Source of the DNA: a virus
Lineage: Duplodnaviria; Heunggongvirae; Uroviricota; Caudoviricetes
DNA length: 64,000 bases
Virus record (IMG/VR): IMGVR_UViG_3300032167_000002
Coordinates: 216,286 to 280,285 of that record
Direction: 5' to 3' (one strand)
Shown here in pieces: positions 9,186-19,295 of the stretch. Numbering within the stretch: the first letter of the stretch is position 1; each line of letters starts with the position of its first letter. The translations under genes and the position numbers were made by a program. Below the pieces are notes generated by a model. It saw only the letters and a list, made by a program, of their open reading frames with translations. It searched no databases and was not told the origin of the DNA.

Positions 9186-9991
9186 TCTTTATCTTCTTGG
9201 TTGCGGCGAAGCTTCTCTTTACGCACATTGTCGGCGAAGCGGAAGGCGCTCTCGCACAAACGGCACCCTGAGGTAGACCAGCACCGCTGGCCGCAATCCA
9301 TTCGAGCTTCTCCCAGCTCTTCTGGAATTGCTCTGTTGTCTACATTGAAATTCAGGTTTTGAATCAATAAGTTCAGGTTGCCAGGCCATGTTTGATTTTC
9401 CTTGTAAACATGAAGCAATACTTCTTCTTGCTTCAAATCTACATTTTCAAATTCAAAACATTGTACGCGGGTAGAATACAACTTTGCATCTTCTGGACGC
9501 ACCCATTGACCGCGTAATCCAGTGCCTACTCCCTGGGCGGCCAAATATGAAGGCTTTGCATTATTGACTACCATACGCACAGGACACTGATCGGTACTAC
9601 CGTCATAATAGGTATTATTAAACACCTGATCTAAATCAAAGCTCAAAGGTGGACCAACCATCACATATGAAGGATCCAAATCCATAATCATACCTAATTC
9701 ATAGAATGAGGTAATGGGATAAGGCCAATACCATTTGATATTGTGCTCTTGGAAATCCTTGAAGCGGTCAAGTCTGTGAGAAGCGATGTAAAATTCACTA
9801 AACTTCTCACTATACATTTCCCAGGTAGACCACTCATATTCAGCATCTCCTGGCAATTCCAAAATAATTACTTTATCGGGTAACTTCTCAACAAAGTCGA
9901 GAATGCGGTCCCGATCGGCATATGCAACCTTGATTTCATCAGCTCGTTTGAGAACTGAATAAGGTTGTCTACCAGATACACAGTAACGCAT
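9182..9991 (-). CDS. Hypothetical protein (269 aa)
   Basis: ORF with upstream promoter. Confidence 0.55.
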   Translation of the reverse strand: MRYCVSGRQPYSVLKRADEIKVAYADRDRILDFVEKLPDKVIILELPGDAEYEWSTWEMYSEKFSEFYIASHRLDRFKDFQEHNIKWYWPYPITSFYELGMIMDLDPSYVMVGPPLSFDLDQVFNNTYYDGSTDQCPVRMVVNNAKPSYLAAQGVGTGLRGQWVRPEDAKLYSTRVQCFEFENVDLKQEEVLLHVYKENQTWPGNLNLLIQNLNFNVDNRAIPEELGEARMDCGQRCWSTSGCRLCESAFRFADNVRKEKLRRNQEDKD

Positions 9992-10000
9992 ATAATCACA

Positions 10001-10040
10001 CTCCTTTATTATATTATAACATTTTTTTTCAAGTTTTTCA
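10001..10040 (-). promoter_or_regulatory. Degenerate AT-rich promoter (TTGAAA-N18-TATAAT) driving 9182..9991
   Basis: Reads GTTGAAAAACTTGAAAAAAAATGTTATAAT on the minus strand. Confidence 0.4.
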
Positions 10041-10144
10041 ACTTTTGGAACAAAAAATTTCTAAACCGATTTTCTATTTGGGCGTTTCGGACTTTGCGCG
10101 CGTCGCCGGCCGGAGCAGGCTTGTGGAACATTATGTTAGACAAT

Positions 10145-10182
10145 AAAAAAGCCGCCCCTCTCAGCGCTTGTGAGAGGGGCGG
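10145..10182 (-). terminator. Rho-independent terminator after 10205..10621
   Basis: Hairpin CCGCCCCTCTCA...TGAGAGGGGCGG followed by a T-run on the minus strand. Confidence 0.6.
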
Positions 10183-10204
10183 GAAGTATTACATCAGACC
10201 GAGA

Positions 10205-10621
10205 TTAGTCAGTCACAACGGCACGGTAGGCCTGAACCTTACGAGCCTTGGAAGTCTCGGTAGCGGGAATGGTGACCTGGGTCTTCTCGGCAACACCGGC
10301 TTCGACCAGCTTACCCAGACGGTAGGTAACCTTGGATACGGTAGCGTCGGGATTCACGCCGGCGACAGTAGCGGCGATATCGGCGATGACCTGGTACTCA
10401 TCGGTCAGAGCGTCCTCAACCTGGCCCATCAGAATATCGGCTTCAGCCTTCTTGGCAGCAGCGCGCTCCTTAGCCTTGGCAGCCTTGGCGTCCAGGGCGG
10501 CGATCTCCTTGTCGCAGAACGCAGTCACAGTGGCAGCATCGTACTTGCAGGAACCGGTCTCGAAAGTCTCCTTGATAGCTTCATACATTTCACGCTTGGT
10601 AATCTTTTCCATAGTTTGCAC
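10205..10621 (-). CDS. Hypothetical Ala/Lys-rich helical protein (138 aa)
   Basis: ORF flanked by a promoter and a strong terminator; GC-rich codons. Confidence 0.6.
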   Translation of the reverse strand: MQTMEKITKREMYEAIKETFETGSCKYDAATVTAFCDKEIAALDAKAAKAKERAAAKKAEADILMGQVEDALTDEYQVIADIAATVAGVNPDATVSKVTYRLGKLVEAGVAEKTQVTIPATETSKARKVQAYRAVVTD

Positions 10622-10678
10622 CTATACCTTTCAAAAATTCTTTTTTTATTTTTTTTCTGCAAGGTTTTTCTCTCTTTA

Positions 10679-10719
10679 CCTTACATATATATTATAACAT
10701 ATTTTTTTTGAAAAATCAA
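10679..10719 (-). promoter_or_regulatory. AT-rich early promoter copy driving 10205..10621
   Basis: Same consensus. Confidence 0.6.
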
Positions 10720-12473
10720 TCAATGTACTGCCGAATCAAGGCAATCCTCTCTTCGATGCTCTTTGCATCTCTGATTTTGGTGAGTACATTGAAGACATCG
10801 TCGGGAAGGTCTCCACGACTAAGTCCCTCATCATTGATATTTTCAATTCGGGCAACGACTCTAATGCGACCCCACATATCGGCAGTTTCTTTCAACTCGC
10901 CGAGAGTAACCTCATAGTCTTCGGGGCGACGCATACAACAGTCACACATCGGGATTTTATAAGTCCAGTTATAACAAACCAGATCTTCGGGGCACTTACC
11001 TGCGGGAATCAGCTCGATAAATACATTGTTGATGTGCTCCACTCGGTCTCCGCAGACTTCACATTCGTGCAGTTCGTGTGAATAACAATATTCACAGTAG
11101 TTGCGGTCAGTATCTGCCGCATAGTAGGGTTCTCCATAATGCCAGTCACCACATTTGGCACACTGCCACATACCATTACAGTCGCGGCAAGTGGTCCAGC
11201 TGGATTCGACATCTTGACTGGGAATAATGTCGCCGCAGGAAGTACACACGGCAGGTCCGCACAGATCAATACTCAGATCAGTGCCATCCCAGTTGCTCTT
11301 CATAAAGCCCATCCGCAAATCATAAATGTCGTTATACATATAACCACCCATATACAGGTTGAAACGCACACGACGATTGCCGATGGTATTGGTATTCTGG
11401 TTGCTAATCTGGACGCTCTCCTCATCATAGGGGCCGTAGCTCATATAAGGAGTGCCAGAGAAATCGGTGCCGGCCGCAAGATCTCTGATCCATCTAAGTG
11501 CGGTGCCCTGCACCACATCATTGAAGTATGGATACTGCTTGTTGCCGAGAACGAGTTCGGGGGTAACAATGATTAACTGACGCCAGCGTTTATTGTTCCA
11601 CTTATCGTCAGCGTTGCAAATACACATATCTTCTTTCGCCTCAATATAGGCGATGATGACACTTTCAGAGTTCATCATTTCGATAGTGCCAAGGCGGTAA
11701 TCACCCGCCTCTTCCATCCAGCTCATACAGGAGCTCCAGCCGCACTCATTGTCGGACATAGTGATAAAGTCCAGCGGATGGATACTCAGACACAGATTGC
11801 CACGAACGGTCTTCTGGTTCAATGCCAGAGAATGGGCTCGGCGGAATGACTCATAGCCATCAAATTCTTTCAACGGCTTGTCACTACCGCAATGGCATTT
11901 ACCGGGCTGGCGGTACAGATCCCAGTAACCGCAATCCTCACAGTAGTACATCTTGACGGAAAAATCCAAAGCAGAGCAAATCTTGCCAAGCATCTTGATA
12001 GCCTTGGCACCAGAATTGATTTGCAGAGGATGTCCATTCTTGGTAAACTGACTCGGAATTACGATGGGATCGCCGTCATATACATTTCTGACGAGCATAG
12101 AGGTATCATTGACGAAACGCTTCAGTTGATAGCGCAGTTCAAAAGACATATCGTAATGATTCTCGATGAAAGCGATATACTCACGGCGGAAAGTCAGAGT
12201 AGGAACATCTGCACTCCGACGCAGGATATCATCCATTTCCTCTTCGAGGTCGTCGGTATTTTTGGTGAAGGAGATTTCTCTCTTGAGAATAAACTTCTCA
12301 CCGAACATTTTGTAGAAGGGTGCCTTGGCGGTCGCCCAATACCGGAGGAAGTAGTCCATACGGTTGCGATTGATTACGCAATAGTCGGTCTCACAATCAC
12401 CGCCGCCATACCAGGCAATATAGCGGTGAATCAAATCCTTATCTTCTTCCGGAAGTCTTGCCAATAAATCCAT
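10716..12473 (-). CDS. Large Cys-rich early protein (585 aa), paralog of 6785..8047
   Basis: ORF; many CxxC pairs; shares conserved core LCLSIHPLDF...KWNNKRWRQLI. Confidence 0.6.
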   Translation of the reverse strand: MDLLARLPEEDKDLIHRYIAWYGGGDCETDYCVINRNRMDYFLRYWATAKAPFYKMFGEKFILKREISFTKNTDDLEEEMDDILRRSADVPTLTFRREYIAFIENHYDMSFELRYQLKRFVNDTSMLVRNVYDGDPIVIPSQFTKNGHPLQINSGAKAIKMLGKICSALDFSVKMYYCEDCGYWDLYRQPGKCHCGSDKPLKEFDGYESFRRAHSLALNQKTVRGNLCLSIHPLDFITMSDNECGWSSCMSWMEEAGDYRLGTIEMMNSESVIIAYIEAKEDMCICNADDKWNNKRWRQLIIVTPELVLGNKQYPYFNDVVQGTALRWIRDLAAGTDFSGTPYMSYGPYDEESVQISNQNTNTIGNRRVRFNLYMGGYMYNDIYDLRMGFMKSNWDGTDLSIDLCGPAVCTSCGDIIPSQDVESSWTTCRDCNGMWQCAKCGDWHYGEPYYAADTDRNYCEYCYSHELHECEVCGDRVEHINNVFIELIPAGKCPEDLVCYNWTYKIPMCDCCMRRPEDYEVTLGELKETADMWGRIRVVARIENINDEGLSRGDLPDDVFNVLTKIRDAKSIEERIALIRQYID

Positions 12474-12502
12474 TGGACTACTACCTCACATTCTTTTCAT
12501 AT

Positions 12503-12541
12503 CTTGTATATATATTATACAATATTTTTTATGAAAAATCA
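12503..12541 (-). promoter_or_regulatory. AT-rich early promoter copy driving 10716..12473
   Basis: Same consensus. Confidence 0.55.
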
Positions 12542-12576
12542 AATAAGGCTCTCTGCTCTCAGCAAGAGAGCCTTAT
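12541..12576 (-). terminator. Hairpin terminator after 12590..13843
   Basis: Hairpin AAGGCTCTC...GAGAGCCTT. Confidence 0.45.
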
Positions 12577-12589
12577 TGCGGATCAGTTA

Positions 12590-13843
12590 TTAGCCCTGGG
12601 TGTGGTTATCGGTGCAGTGACCGCCGCAGGTGCAACCCTGGGAAGGAACATTGGGAACGGGATGCTGAGCGTTCAGCATCATCAGCATAGGCAGGATATT
12701 ATCCTTGCTGCCGTCCTTGGTATTGGACAGTGCCATAAACATCAGTACATTGTTGTCAATGCCGGGGGTGGCATTGTTCAGCATCAGGAAGGGCAGAATG
12801 TCATTCATATCCTTGTTCTCACCGGACATAGCCATCAGCATCCACATATTGCCGAAGGGATTCTCGGCGGTGGCGCTGGTATTGAAGGCGTTACCCAGGA
12901 AGTTGACAACCTTGGTAGCGAAGTTGAAGCCGAAGGGAGACTTGGGCAGCATAATGTCCTTACGCTCGCCGTTGATGGGGTCGACCGCAGTGATGTAGGC
13001 GCCGCTGGTAGCGATGGCGATGACGAACATGGGGATACCATTGTGGATTACAACATCGCCGATAGCGATATCCTTGATGGCAACAGGCATCTTGTACAGG
13101 AACTTGGCGCCGTCGAAGTTGAGGATGTCGACATCCATAATGTCGCCAGCCTTGGCGTCATAGGAAACCCAGGTGCCGGCCTTGTTCTTCACAGCCAGAC
13201 CATACAGGGACATACGAACCATAGAGGAATTGACGGGGCCGAAATCGAAATTGAACTTCATAGCAAAACTCTCCTTATTAGTTTTATTGTTGTTGTTTTC
13301 ATTTTTCAGCGGGGCTGCGAGAGCCGCAGACTCGCATAGCTTACTGATGGTATCATTTGTACGCTCGAGGTCATAAGCCTCAGCCTTGGTAGCCAGTGCA
13401 CTTTCATACTCTGACTTAGTTCTGTGAGCCAGTTCTTCGTAGATGGTAGATTTACCAGTACGAGAATCATAGTACTCGTAATACTGACGACCTTCTTGGT
13501 CGGTGTAATAATCGGAGGGATACTCACGACGCATTTCATCTTCAACTCCAAATAGTAGATTTTTATAAATGAAATCACCAAAGGAGTTGTCTCCGGTATT
13601 AAACGACCACGCTACTCGATTACTGTCATAGAAAATGTCGATGATAGTTTCATATCCATCGCTTTCCCATTCGATTTCAAACAGAGCCCAATCATCTGCT
13701 GTAGCCCTAATCATATCGCGCCAATAGGCATAAGGCATTTTCTTTGCCTTATCTTCATATACGCGATTCTGGAAGTCTGTTAGCAAATCATGCAGTTCTT
13801 TGTAATCGATGACGTGGCTATAACGCTTTTTTATCCTCGCCAC
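12590..13843 (-). CDS. Hypothetical protein (417 aa)
   Basis: Long ORF followed by a hairpin. Confidence 0.55.
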   Translation of the reverse strand: MARIKKRYSHVIDYKELHDLLTDFQNRVYEDKAKKMPYAYWRDMIRATADDWALFEIEWESDGYETIIDIFYDSNRVAWSFNTGDNSFGDFIYKNLLFGVEDEMRREYPSDYYTDQEGRQYYEYYDSRTGKSTIYEELAHRTKSEYESALATKAEAYDLERTNDTISKLCESAALAAPLKNENNNNKTNKESFAMKFNFDFGPVNSSMVRMSLYGLAVKNKAGTWVSYDAKAGDIMDVDILNFDGAKFLYKMPVAIKDIAIGDVVIHNGIPMFVIAIATSGAYITAVDPINGERKDIMLPKSPFGFNFATKVVNFLGNAFNTSATAENPFGNMWMLMAMSGENKDMNDILPFLMLNNATPGIDNNVLMFMALSNTKDGSKDNILPMLMMLNAQHPVPNVPSQGCTCGGHCTDNHTQG

Positions 13844-14082
13844 CTTTTGGCAACCTCTCTTTCAACATATTCTCGCTCATCGCGAGTAAGGGAACTTATA
13901 TTTAGATTGGCGGCCAAGGCAGCATCTGCCTGTGCCGATATATCGTTCGGATCATCGGCGGCCGCAAGTGCGTTGATAAAATTTTCAATTCTCTGCTGAG
14001 AATAAGCATATGCATTGAATGCTGTATGCTCTACTGGATCTTGATACCAGGGAGGAGTAATTCCGATCATGCGTGCCACCAC
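13831..14082 (-). CDS. Hypothetical protein (83 aa)
   Basis: ORF in operon context. Confidence 0.4.
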   Translation of the reverse strand: MVARMIGITPPWYQDPVEHTAFNAYAYSQQRIENFINALAAADDPNDISAQADAALAANLNISSLTRDEREYVEREVAKRWRG

Positions 14083-14372
14083 TCAGAACTGTACTGCCAC
14101 AGAGTTTCAAACACAGCTCGCCATTCGTTTTCGGGAACTGTGATAAAGCCCAAAGCAATATCAAACAGACGAATAACATCATCTTCGCTAATGCCGGGAA
14201 TCTCATCGTGGTCGCAAATGTGAAAACCACGGACTTCATAACTGTCCGTATGCGGCTGAGCCAAGCGGTGGGTAATGAAAGAGCAGGCATTAGAGTAGGT
14301 ATGCCAGTCCTCGGTTACAAATTGGGCGTCGTGATTATCGTCGTCCATACAAAGAACGCGAACCTTTTCCAT
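14067..14372 (-). CDS. Hypothetical protein (101 aa)
   Basis: ORF immediately downstream of a promoter copy. Confidence 0.5.
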   Translation of the reverse strand: MEKVRVLCMDDDNHDAQFVTEDWHTYSNACSFITHRLAQPHTDSYEVRGFHICDHDEIPGISEDDVIRLFDIALGFITVPENEWRAVFETLWQYSSEWWHA

Positions 14373-14404
14373 AAATCAGTATCAGTCCTTTCCTCTTTCT
14401 TTAT

Positions 14405-14444
14405 CTTACATATATATTATATCATATTTTTTTATAAAAATCAA
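14405..14444 (-). promoter_or_regulatory. AT-rich early promoter copy driving 14067..14372
   Basis: Same consensus. Confidence 0.6.
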
Positions 14445-14474
14445 ATAAGTCTTATGGCGCCAGGAGAGTAGCTT

Positions 14475-14768
14475 TCACAGTTTCAAGATGCGATTACATT
14501 GTTCTAACAGAGTGATGCGACTATCACGAGTTCTTACTTCCTGACGCAGCTTTTCACACTCTCGCTGCCACAACTGCACGCCGGCAAGGACAAGCGCATG
14601 ATTTTTTCTCTCAATATCCAGCTCAGTATCGAGCTTAGCATTTTTCTGCTTTAACTCCATCACCTGGTCGCGTAGTGAGACCAACTCCGCAGACATAGAG
14701 TCCATCTGCTCTTGAGTATATAACTTAGGAGAAGAAACCTTTGCTTTCACTCGAACAACTTTCATATT
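14475..14768 (-). CDS. Coiled-coil protein (about 97 aa); track ORF start trimmed
   Basis: The N-terminus MIFIKKYDIIYIE in the ORF track is a translation of the promoter repeat; the real start MINMKVV follows AAAGGAAATG. Confidence 0.5.
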   Translation of the reverse strand, partial: NMKVVRVKAKVSSPKLYTQEQMDSMSAELVSLRDQVMELKQKNAKLDTELDIERKNHALVLAGVQLWQRECEKLRQEVRTRDSRITLLEQCNRILKL

Positions 14769-14789
14769 TATCATTTCCTTTCTTTCACT

Positions 14790-14828
14790 TTCTATATATA
14801 TTATATCATATTTTTTTATAAAAATCAA
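14790..14828 (-). promoter_or_regulatory. AT-rich early promoter copy driving 14475..14768
   Basis: Same consensus; the terminator hairpin abuts its -35. Confidence 0.6.
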
Positions 14829-14861
14829 AGAAGCCTCTCTGCGTCCATGCAGAGAGGCTTC
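14829..14861 (-). terminator. Hairpin terminator after the lipoprotein gene, abutting the next promoter
   Basis: GAAGCCTCTCTGC-GTCCAT-GCAGAGAGGCTTC followed by TTTGATTTTT on the minus strand. Confidence 0.55.
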
Positions 14862-14865
14862 TGTC

Positions 14866-15552
14866 TTATTTGAGGATAGATGTATCTATGATAGAGAAAT
14901 TGGATCTGTGGATATATATAACCTTACCATCAATCATCAATTCGGTGGTTTTAGGTAAGTTACGAGATACCGACCAGGTAACTTCCTCGCCGGCAAACAT
15001 ACAAATCGGATCGCCATTCTGAGACTGAATAACCACAACTCTAGATGCCGGAGTAGTATTTGCCTGTTTCTCAGTCTGCCAATACCAATACATCAAACCC
15101 CAGCGATCATTGGACCAGCTATAGCCATCATAGGGTGTTTCAATAGTAGCAGAATCACCGGTAGAAGATGTAATTTCCTTTGGAATATCAATTTCCAGCG
15201 GTGTCAGACGGGTATCATAGAACAATACGGTAGAACCACAGGACTCAATATGCTGGTCGTCAATGGTAATAGACATAACCGAAGAAGTCGTCCACTTGGA
15301 AACCCAGGAACCATCACTGTCATATGCGTATTCCTTGACCTTGTTCGGTTCGATATTGAAGCTAGTACCCTCAACAGAGAGCCACTGAGCGCCGTAGTTA
15401 TCATAAAACTCGGCGACATATGAAATCTTGATGGGTTCACCATTTTCATCAGTTGTGGCAACATTCATACCACCGCTCGGATAAGGGGCGCCGCACGCAC
15501 ACAGGGACAGAAGCAGAGCCAAAGCTAACAGAATTGCATAAAGTCGTTTCAT
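14866..15552 (-). CDS. Secreted or lipoprotein-like protein (228 aa)
   Basis: N-terminus MKRLYAILLALALLLSLCACG is a signal peptide with a lipobox-like Cys. Confidence 0.55.
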   Translation of the reverse strand: MKRLYAILLALALLLSLCACGAPYPSGGMNVATTDENGEPIKISYVAEFYDNYGAQWLSVEGTSFNIEPNKVKEYAYDSDGSWVSKWTTSSVMSITIDDQHIESCGSTVLFYDTRLTPLEIDIPKEITSSTGDSATIETPYDGYSWSNDRWGLMYWYWQTEKQANTTPASRVVVIQSQNGDPICMFAGEEVTWSVSRNLPKTTELMIDGKVIYIHRSNFSIIDTSILK

Positions 15553-15564
15553 ATTTTTCCTCCA

Positions 15565-16281
15565 TTATTTCATTTGCTCCAAACACCGTGTAAGCACAGT
15601 GGTTTGAATATTGTTGATGATTTTATGTTCCTTGACAGAACCACGGATAGTCTTAATGGAACCCTCAGCCCAGAACTTGGCGCCGGTATCCCATGCATAA
15701 TGATTACCATTGGCATCTTCAAAGATATGATGGGCAGTCTTACCGAAATGATTTTCAGTTTGATGAGACTTGATAACTGTGATTTTCAGCTCGAGACGAT
15801 CGCCGATATGACCCTGGAAAACACTTGGATGCGTGCCATATAGCAGCGAACTTACCGCCGCCCGCACTTCCTCATCATTTTTCAGAGTGGTACCGCAACC
15901 AACCATTTCCCACTTCAACTCTACTGGCTCTAATCCAGCAGGTAAATCAAATGGGATAGTATCCTCAGATACTACATACCAACCCCAATGGCGGCAATAT
16001 CTTGCGATGGAGCGACCGAACCAGTCTTCATGTTCCTCTTGGTTGCCTTTGAAGATAGTTATGTATCCCTCCTGGAAACCGAGAATATTCTTCTGATTGA
16101 CGAACATTTCGGGTTCAACGAATTCACCGGGATACATTTTTGCATATTCTTCGGCATTATACCAGCGAACTTCTCGCTCGCTGCCGCCTTTCATCAGAAC
16201 CTTGACATAGAGCTTACCGTTAGCCTTGGCATAGGGTTCATCAGACAACATTTTCAGCTTTTGATACGATTTCGCAACCAA
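15565..16281 (-). CDS. Hypothetical protein (238 aa)
   Basis: ORF. Confidence 0.5.
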   Translation of the reverse strand: MVAKSYQKLKMLSDEPYAKANGKLYVKVLMKGGSEREVRWYNAEEYAKMYPGEFVEPEMFVNQKNILGFQEGYITIFKGNQEEHEDWFGRSIARYCRHWGWYVVSEDTIPFDLPAGLEPVELKWEMVGCGTTLKNDEEVRAAVSSLLYGTHPSVFQGHIGDRLELKITVIKSHQTENHFGKTAHHIFEDANGNHYAWDTGAKFWAEGSIKTIRGSVKEHKIINNIQTTVLTRCLEQMK

Positions 16282-16960
16282 CTAACGGCACCTCCTTGAT
16301 GAAATAATTACAGTCTGCGGGAGAGATATGATAGATGCCATCTTCATTACTGAAACCGTAATAAAAAACATCATTCAAATAACTCTCATAATCTTGCTCT
16401 TGGAAAAGAGCCAGGCAAATATCTTGCAGTAAGCCCAAATCAGGGCTTGCCATAATGAAATCATACCACGAATCATCGTAGTCGATTTCGCATAAAACAT
16501 ACATAATAGGCATAGCTATACCTCTCCTTATGCAACAGAGATTTCCAGGTCGTTATGATAAATATCGGCCATATGAGTGATATGGTCGGTGATCTCTTCC
16601 ATCTTCGCTTCAGCAGCAGCTTCCAATTCTTCATTCGTTGCGTCGTCCGGCAGACCGAGATCCGCACGAGTAAAGCTCCACAAATAAGTTACAGAGCAGT
16701 ATGCGGTTTCACCTCTCTGGCGTCCATCTTTTGTTCCGATCATATTACAGTCCCTCCAATACGCTTTTACGACGAGCTAATTCCGCCTGCATCGCAGGTA
16801 ACATCTGCTTCTCATAGAAGAAATTGACATCGCCCTCAAAGTTGACGATAACTTTCTCGATCTCATCCATAAACAACTCAAAATCGTCAATATCTTGCAG
16901 AGTTCTTGCGACGATGTTCGCCTTCTCTCGTGTCATACCTATCATTTCCTTTCCTTTACT

Positions 16961-16998
16961 TTCTATATATATTATATCATATTTTTTTATAAAAATCA
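16961..16998 (-). promoter_or_regulatory. AT-rich early promoter copy
   Basis: Same consensus. Confidence 0.6.
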
Positions 16999-16999
16999 A

Positions 17000-17031
17000 A
17001 GAAGCCTCTCTGCGCTAAACAGAGAGGCTTC
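17000..17031 (-). terminator. Hairpin terminator abutting a promoter
   Basis: GAAGCCTCTCTG...CAGAGAGGCTTC. Confidence 0.5.
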
Positions 17032-17036
17032 TATCT

Positions 17037-17228
17037 TCAATCCCATGGGGAACTAAATTCGATAACGGTAACTATGATTGCAATTATTGCAGCGATTACG
17101 ACAATCAAAACGACTATGCCGAGTGCAACATTGATGGCAAATGATAGGATTGTGCCAAAAATTGCTACTCCCAACCCAGCGAGAATCGCAACCATAATGC
17201 CGAATACTTTTAAGAAGTATTTTAGCAT
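17037..17228 (-). CDS. Small hydrophobic membrane protein (63 aa)
   Basis: Almost entirely a transmembrane segment. Confidence 0.5.
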   Translation of the reverse strand: MLKYFLKVFGIMVAILAGLGVAIFGTILSFAINVALGIVVLIVVIAAIIAIIVTVIEFSSPWD

Positions 17229-17237
17229 ATATCCTCC

Positions 17238-17765
17238 TTACTGAAAATCAATGGTAAAGTCATCAATGATATTGGCGCCCTCGGGCAGATAAAACACATA
17301 TTCTGTCTTAGTAAGCCAACCCTCGCCAAAACACCAGCGTAGGATCGGGCTCTCCCAGTCATAGTGCAAAATCTTTACATAGGGGGTGGCCGCAGGATCT
17401 TCCAAATAATTCAAATAGCAGGAAGTCGCCTTAGCACTCTTGAATCCAAAACCTTTGCCCTCAACATTATACATATAGTTGTACTTTAGCTCTTCATCAA
17501 CGCGACTCTGAACCAGGAATACACTACCGGAAACCTTGCCCTCAAACTGCATATTGTCAACTAGGGCGTGAATTTCATGAGTCTCAGTATCAATTACACC
17601 AGCGGGCGCGCCAACGAAGCACATACTGGCTAACAAAACGACCAAAGCCGCAACCGCACCACCCAACAGACCAAACAGGAAACCATAGCCCCATTCACCT
17701 TCAGAGATGCCAATACCCAGGAATACTGCGAAGAATACGATTGCGGGAATAATTACAAACAGCAT
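17238..17765 (-). CDS. Membrane protein (175 aa)
   Basis: Two N-terminal transmembrane helices. Confidence 0.5.
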   Translation of the reverse strand: MLFVIIPAIVFFAVFLGIGISEGEWGYGFLFGLLGGAVAALVVLLASMCFVGAPAGVIDTETHEIHALVDNMQFEGKVSGSVFLVQSRVDEELKYNYMYNVEGKGFGFKSAKATSCYLNYLEDPAATPYVKILHYDWESPILRWCFGEGWLTKTEYVFYLPEGANIIDDFTIDFQ

Positions 17766-18328
17766 ATTACTTTTCCTTTCTCAAATCAACTTTCTTATAG
17801 AAGTAGCGCGGGCACTCTAGCCGCACTTGATATTTGATCTTTGCCAGAGTCATATTACGAGATTGTAATGTTTCCATTGCGCTCTCATAGGCATCTTCAA
17901 AGGCGTATGCCATTACTTGCTCCTGGGCGACCTCTTCATTGATTGTTGCATCAATGGTTTCAAAATTTATACCCTCGTCGTCCCAGACGCAGATTACATA
18001 GAACACATCGGGGATAAAAGCATATCTACTCATTAGAAATAACCCCCTCTCTCCCATCCCATAATGAAGCTGGCCATCTCGCCGATTTTAGCGGCAGACC
18101 GCAAATTTGCAATAGCTTCATCGGGAGTCATTTTACCGTCAGTGAGCTTTGTAATAACCTCTTCCAGCTCATGGACTCGATTTGCCAGAACCAGATTTTG
18201 ACGCTTCTGCTCTTGGATAGTAATTTCTTTTTCAGCACACTTGCCAATCCAGTTTTGAACTTCGCTTTGTAAGCGAGTGCGCTCGCGATCCCATGCTTTA
18301 TCCTTGGCAGTTTTTTCATATTTCGGCA

Positions 18329-18787
18329 TTAGTCTGCCTCCTTTTTCACCAGTTCATATGGCCATCGAGGTTTAGTTTCTTCCTTGTATTCAGCCTCGGA
18401 AATTTCTTCAACGGTAGCACCGCAGCCGCCATAATAAGCTTCCTGCCACTCGTCCTCAGATTCATAGCCCTCTTCTTCGTAGTCCACCCAACAGGGTTCC
18501 CACTCAGCCGCGCAGTCCTCAATGAGGTTCTGCTTGAAGGCTTCCAGTTCATCTTTACTACTGGTGGCAATGAAGTCTTCCAGATGCTCGCCGCAGTAAG
18601 GAGTATAGGCAGTAACGCGATAATATTTGACCGGAGTGGAGGATTCCGGCTCGTCGCTCTCTTTAGGAGCAAAACACTTCTCTACTGCTTCTTTGACCGC
18701 GTCAGAGAGAGCGGAACCCTGTCCGCAGGCGATAGCGACATAGCCACTCTTAGGAATATCTCCCATAATGATAACATTCGTACTCAT
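18329..18787 (-). CDS. Hypothetical acidic protein (152 aa)
   Basis: ORF immediately downstream of a promoter copy. Confidence 0.5.
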   Translation of the reverse strand: MSTNVIIMGDIPKSGYVAIACGQGSALSDAVKEAVEKCFAPKESDEPESSTPVKYYRVTAYTPYCGEHLEDFIATSSKDELEAFKQNLIEDCAAEWEPCWVDYEEEGYESEDEWQEAYYGGCGATVEEISEAEYKEETKPRWPYELVKKEAD

Positions 18788-18823
18788 ATCAACACTCCAT
18801 TCCGTTTTTTCTTTTCTCTTTAC

Positions 18824-18862
18824 CTTACATATATATTATATCATATTTTTTTATAAAAATCA
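18824..18862 (-). promoter_or_regulatory. AT-rich early promoter copy
   Basis: Same consensus. Confidence 0.6.
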
Positions 18863-18865
18863 AAA

Positions 18866-18892
18866 AACCTTCCTGTCGTTAGATAGGAAGGT
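18866..18892 (-). terminator. Hairpin terminator abutting a promoter
   Basis: AACCTTCCT...AGGAAGGTT. Confidence 0.45.
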
Positions 18893-19295
18893 TATAAAAC
18901 ACCGTCAAGGCTTTGTATCTCTCACTATATCCTTGGGCGTAGGAGTCATCGGCGGTAAATTTGATTATATGTTCCGCAAGGATCTTCTTGAATGATTCGA
19001 TCTGAGTTTCAGCGCCCTTACCATCATTATGAGAGAGCGTCCATACCATATCGTCATAAGACTGTTCGAGTGTACGGCACGACAGTTGATATTCCATTTC
19101 CATAGCTTCGTTGAAGTCTTTGCGGGCAGTGATATATGTAACCAGAAGTATACCTACTATTATCAGAATAATGGCGCCCCAGGTTCCAGACAAAGCAAGG
19201 AGTTTGAGACATCCCACCAGCACTGCAAAGATGCCAAACGCCGCACCTAAGACAGATAGAATATACAGTAGATTGCGGAAAAATAATTTTACCAT
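18879..19295 (-). CDS. Membrane protein (138 aa)
   Basis: N-terminal transmembrane helices. Confidence 0.5.
   Translation of the reverse strand: MVKLFFRNLLYILSVLGAAFGIFAVLVGCLKLLALSGTWGAIILIIVGILLVTYITARKDFNEAMEMEYQLSCRTLEQSYDDMVWTLSHNDGKGAETQIESFKKILAEHIIKFTADDSYAQGYSERYKALTVFYNLPI

Noticed and set aside
9965-13339. Long plus-strand ORFs 9965..10711, 12458..13339 and 11892..12467, and 63407..63973 on the minus strand.
   Set aside because: They are antisense to strongly supported genes (those with promoters, terminators, or the tape measure protein) and have repetitive, low-complexity translations.
14475-16999. The N-terminal MIFIKKYDIIYIE shared by ORFs 14475..14828 and 16745..16999.
   Set aside because: It is a translation of the AT-rich promoter repeat (TTGATTTTTATAAAAAAATATGATATAAT). 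The starts were trimmed to the first ATG after the Shine-Dalgarno.
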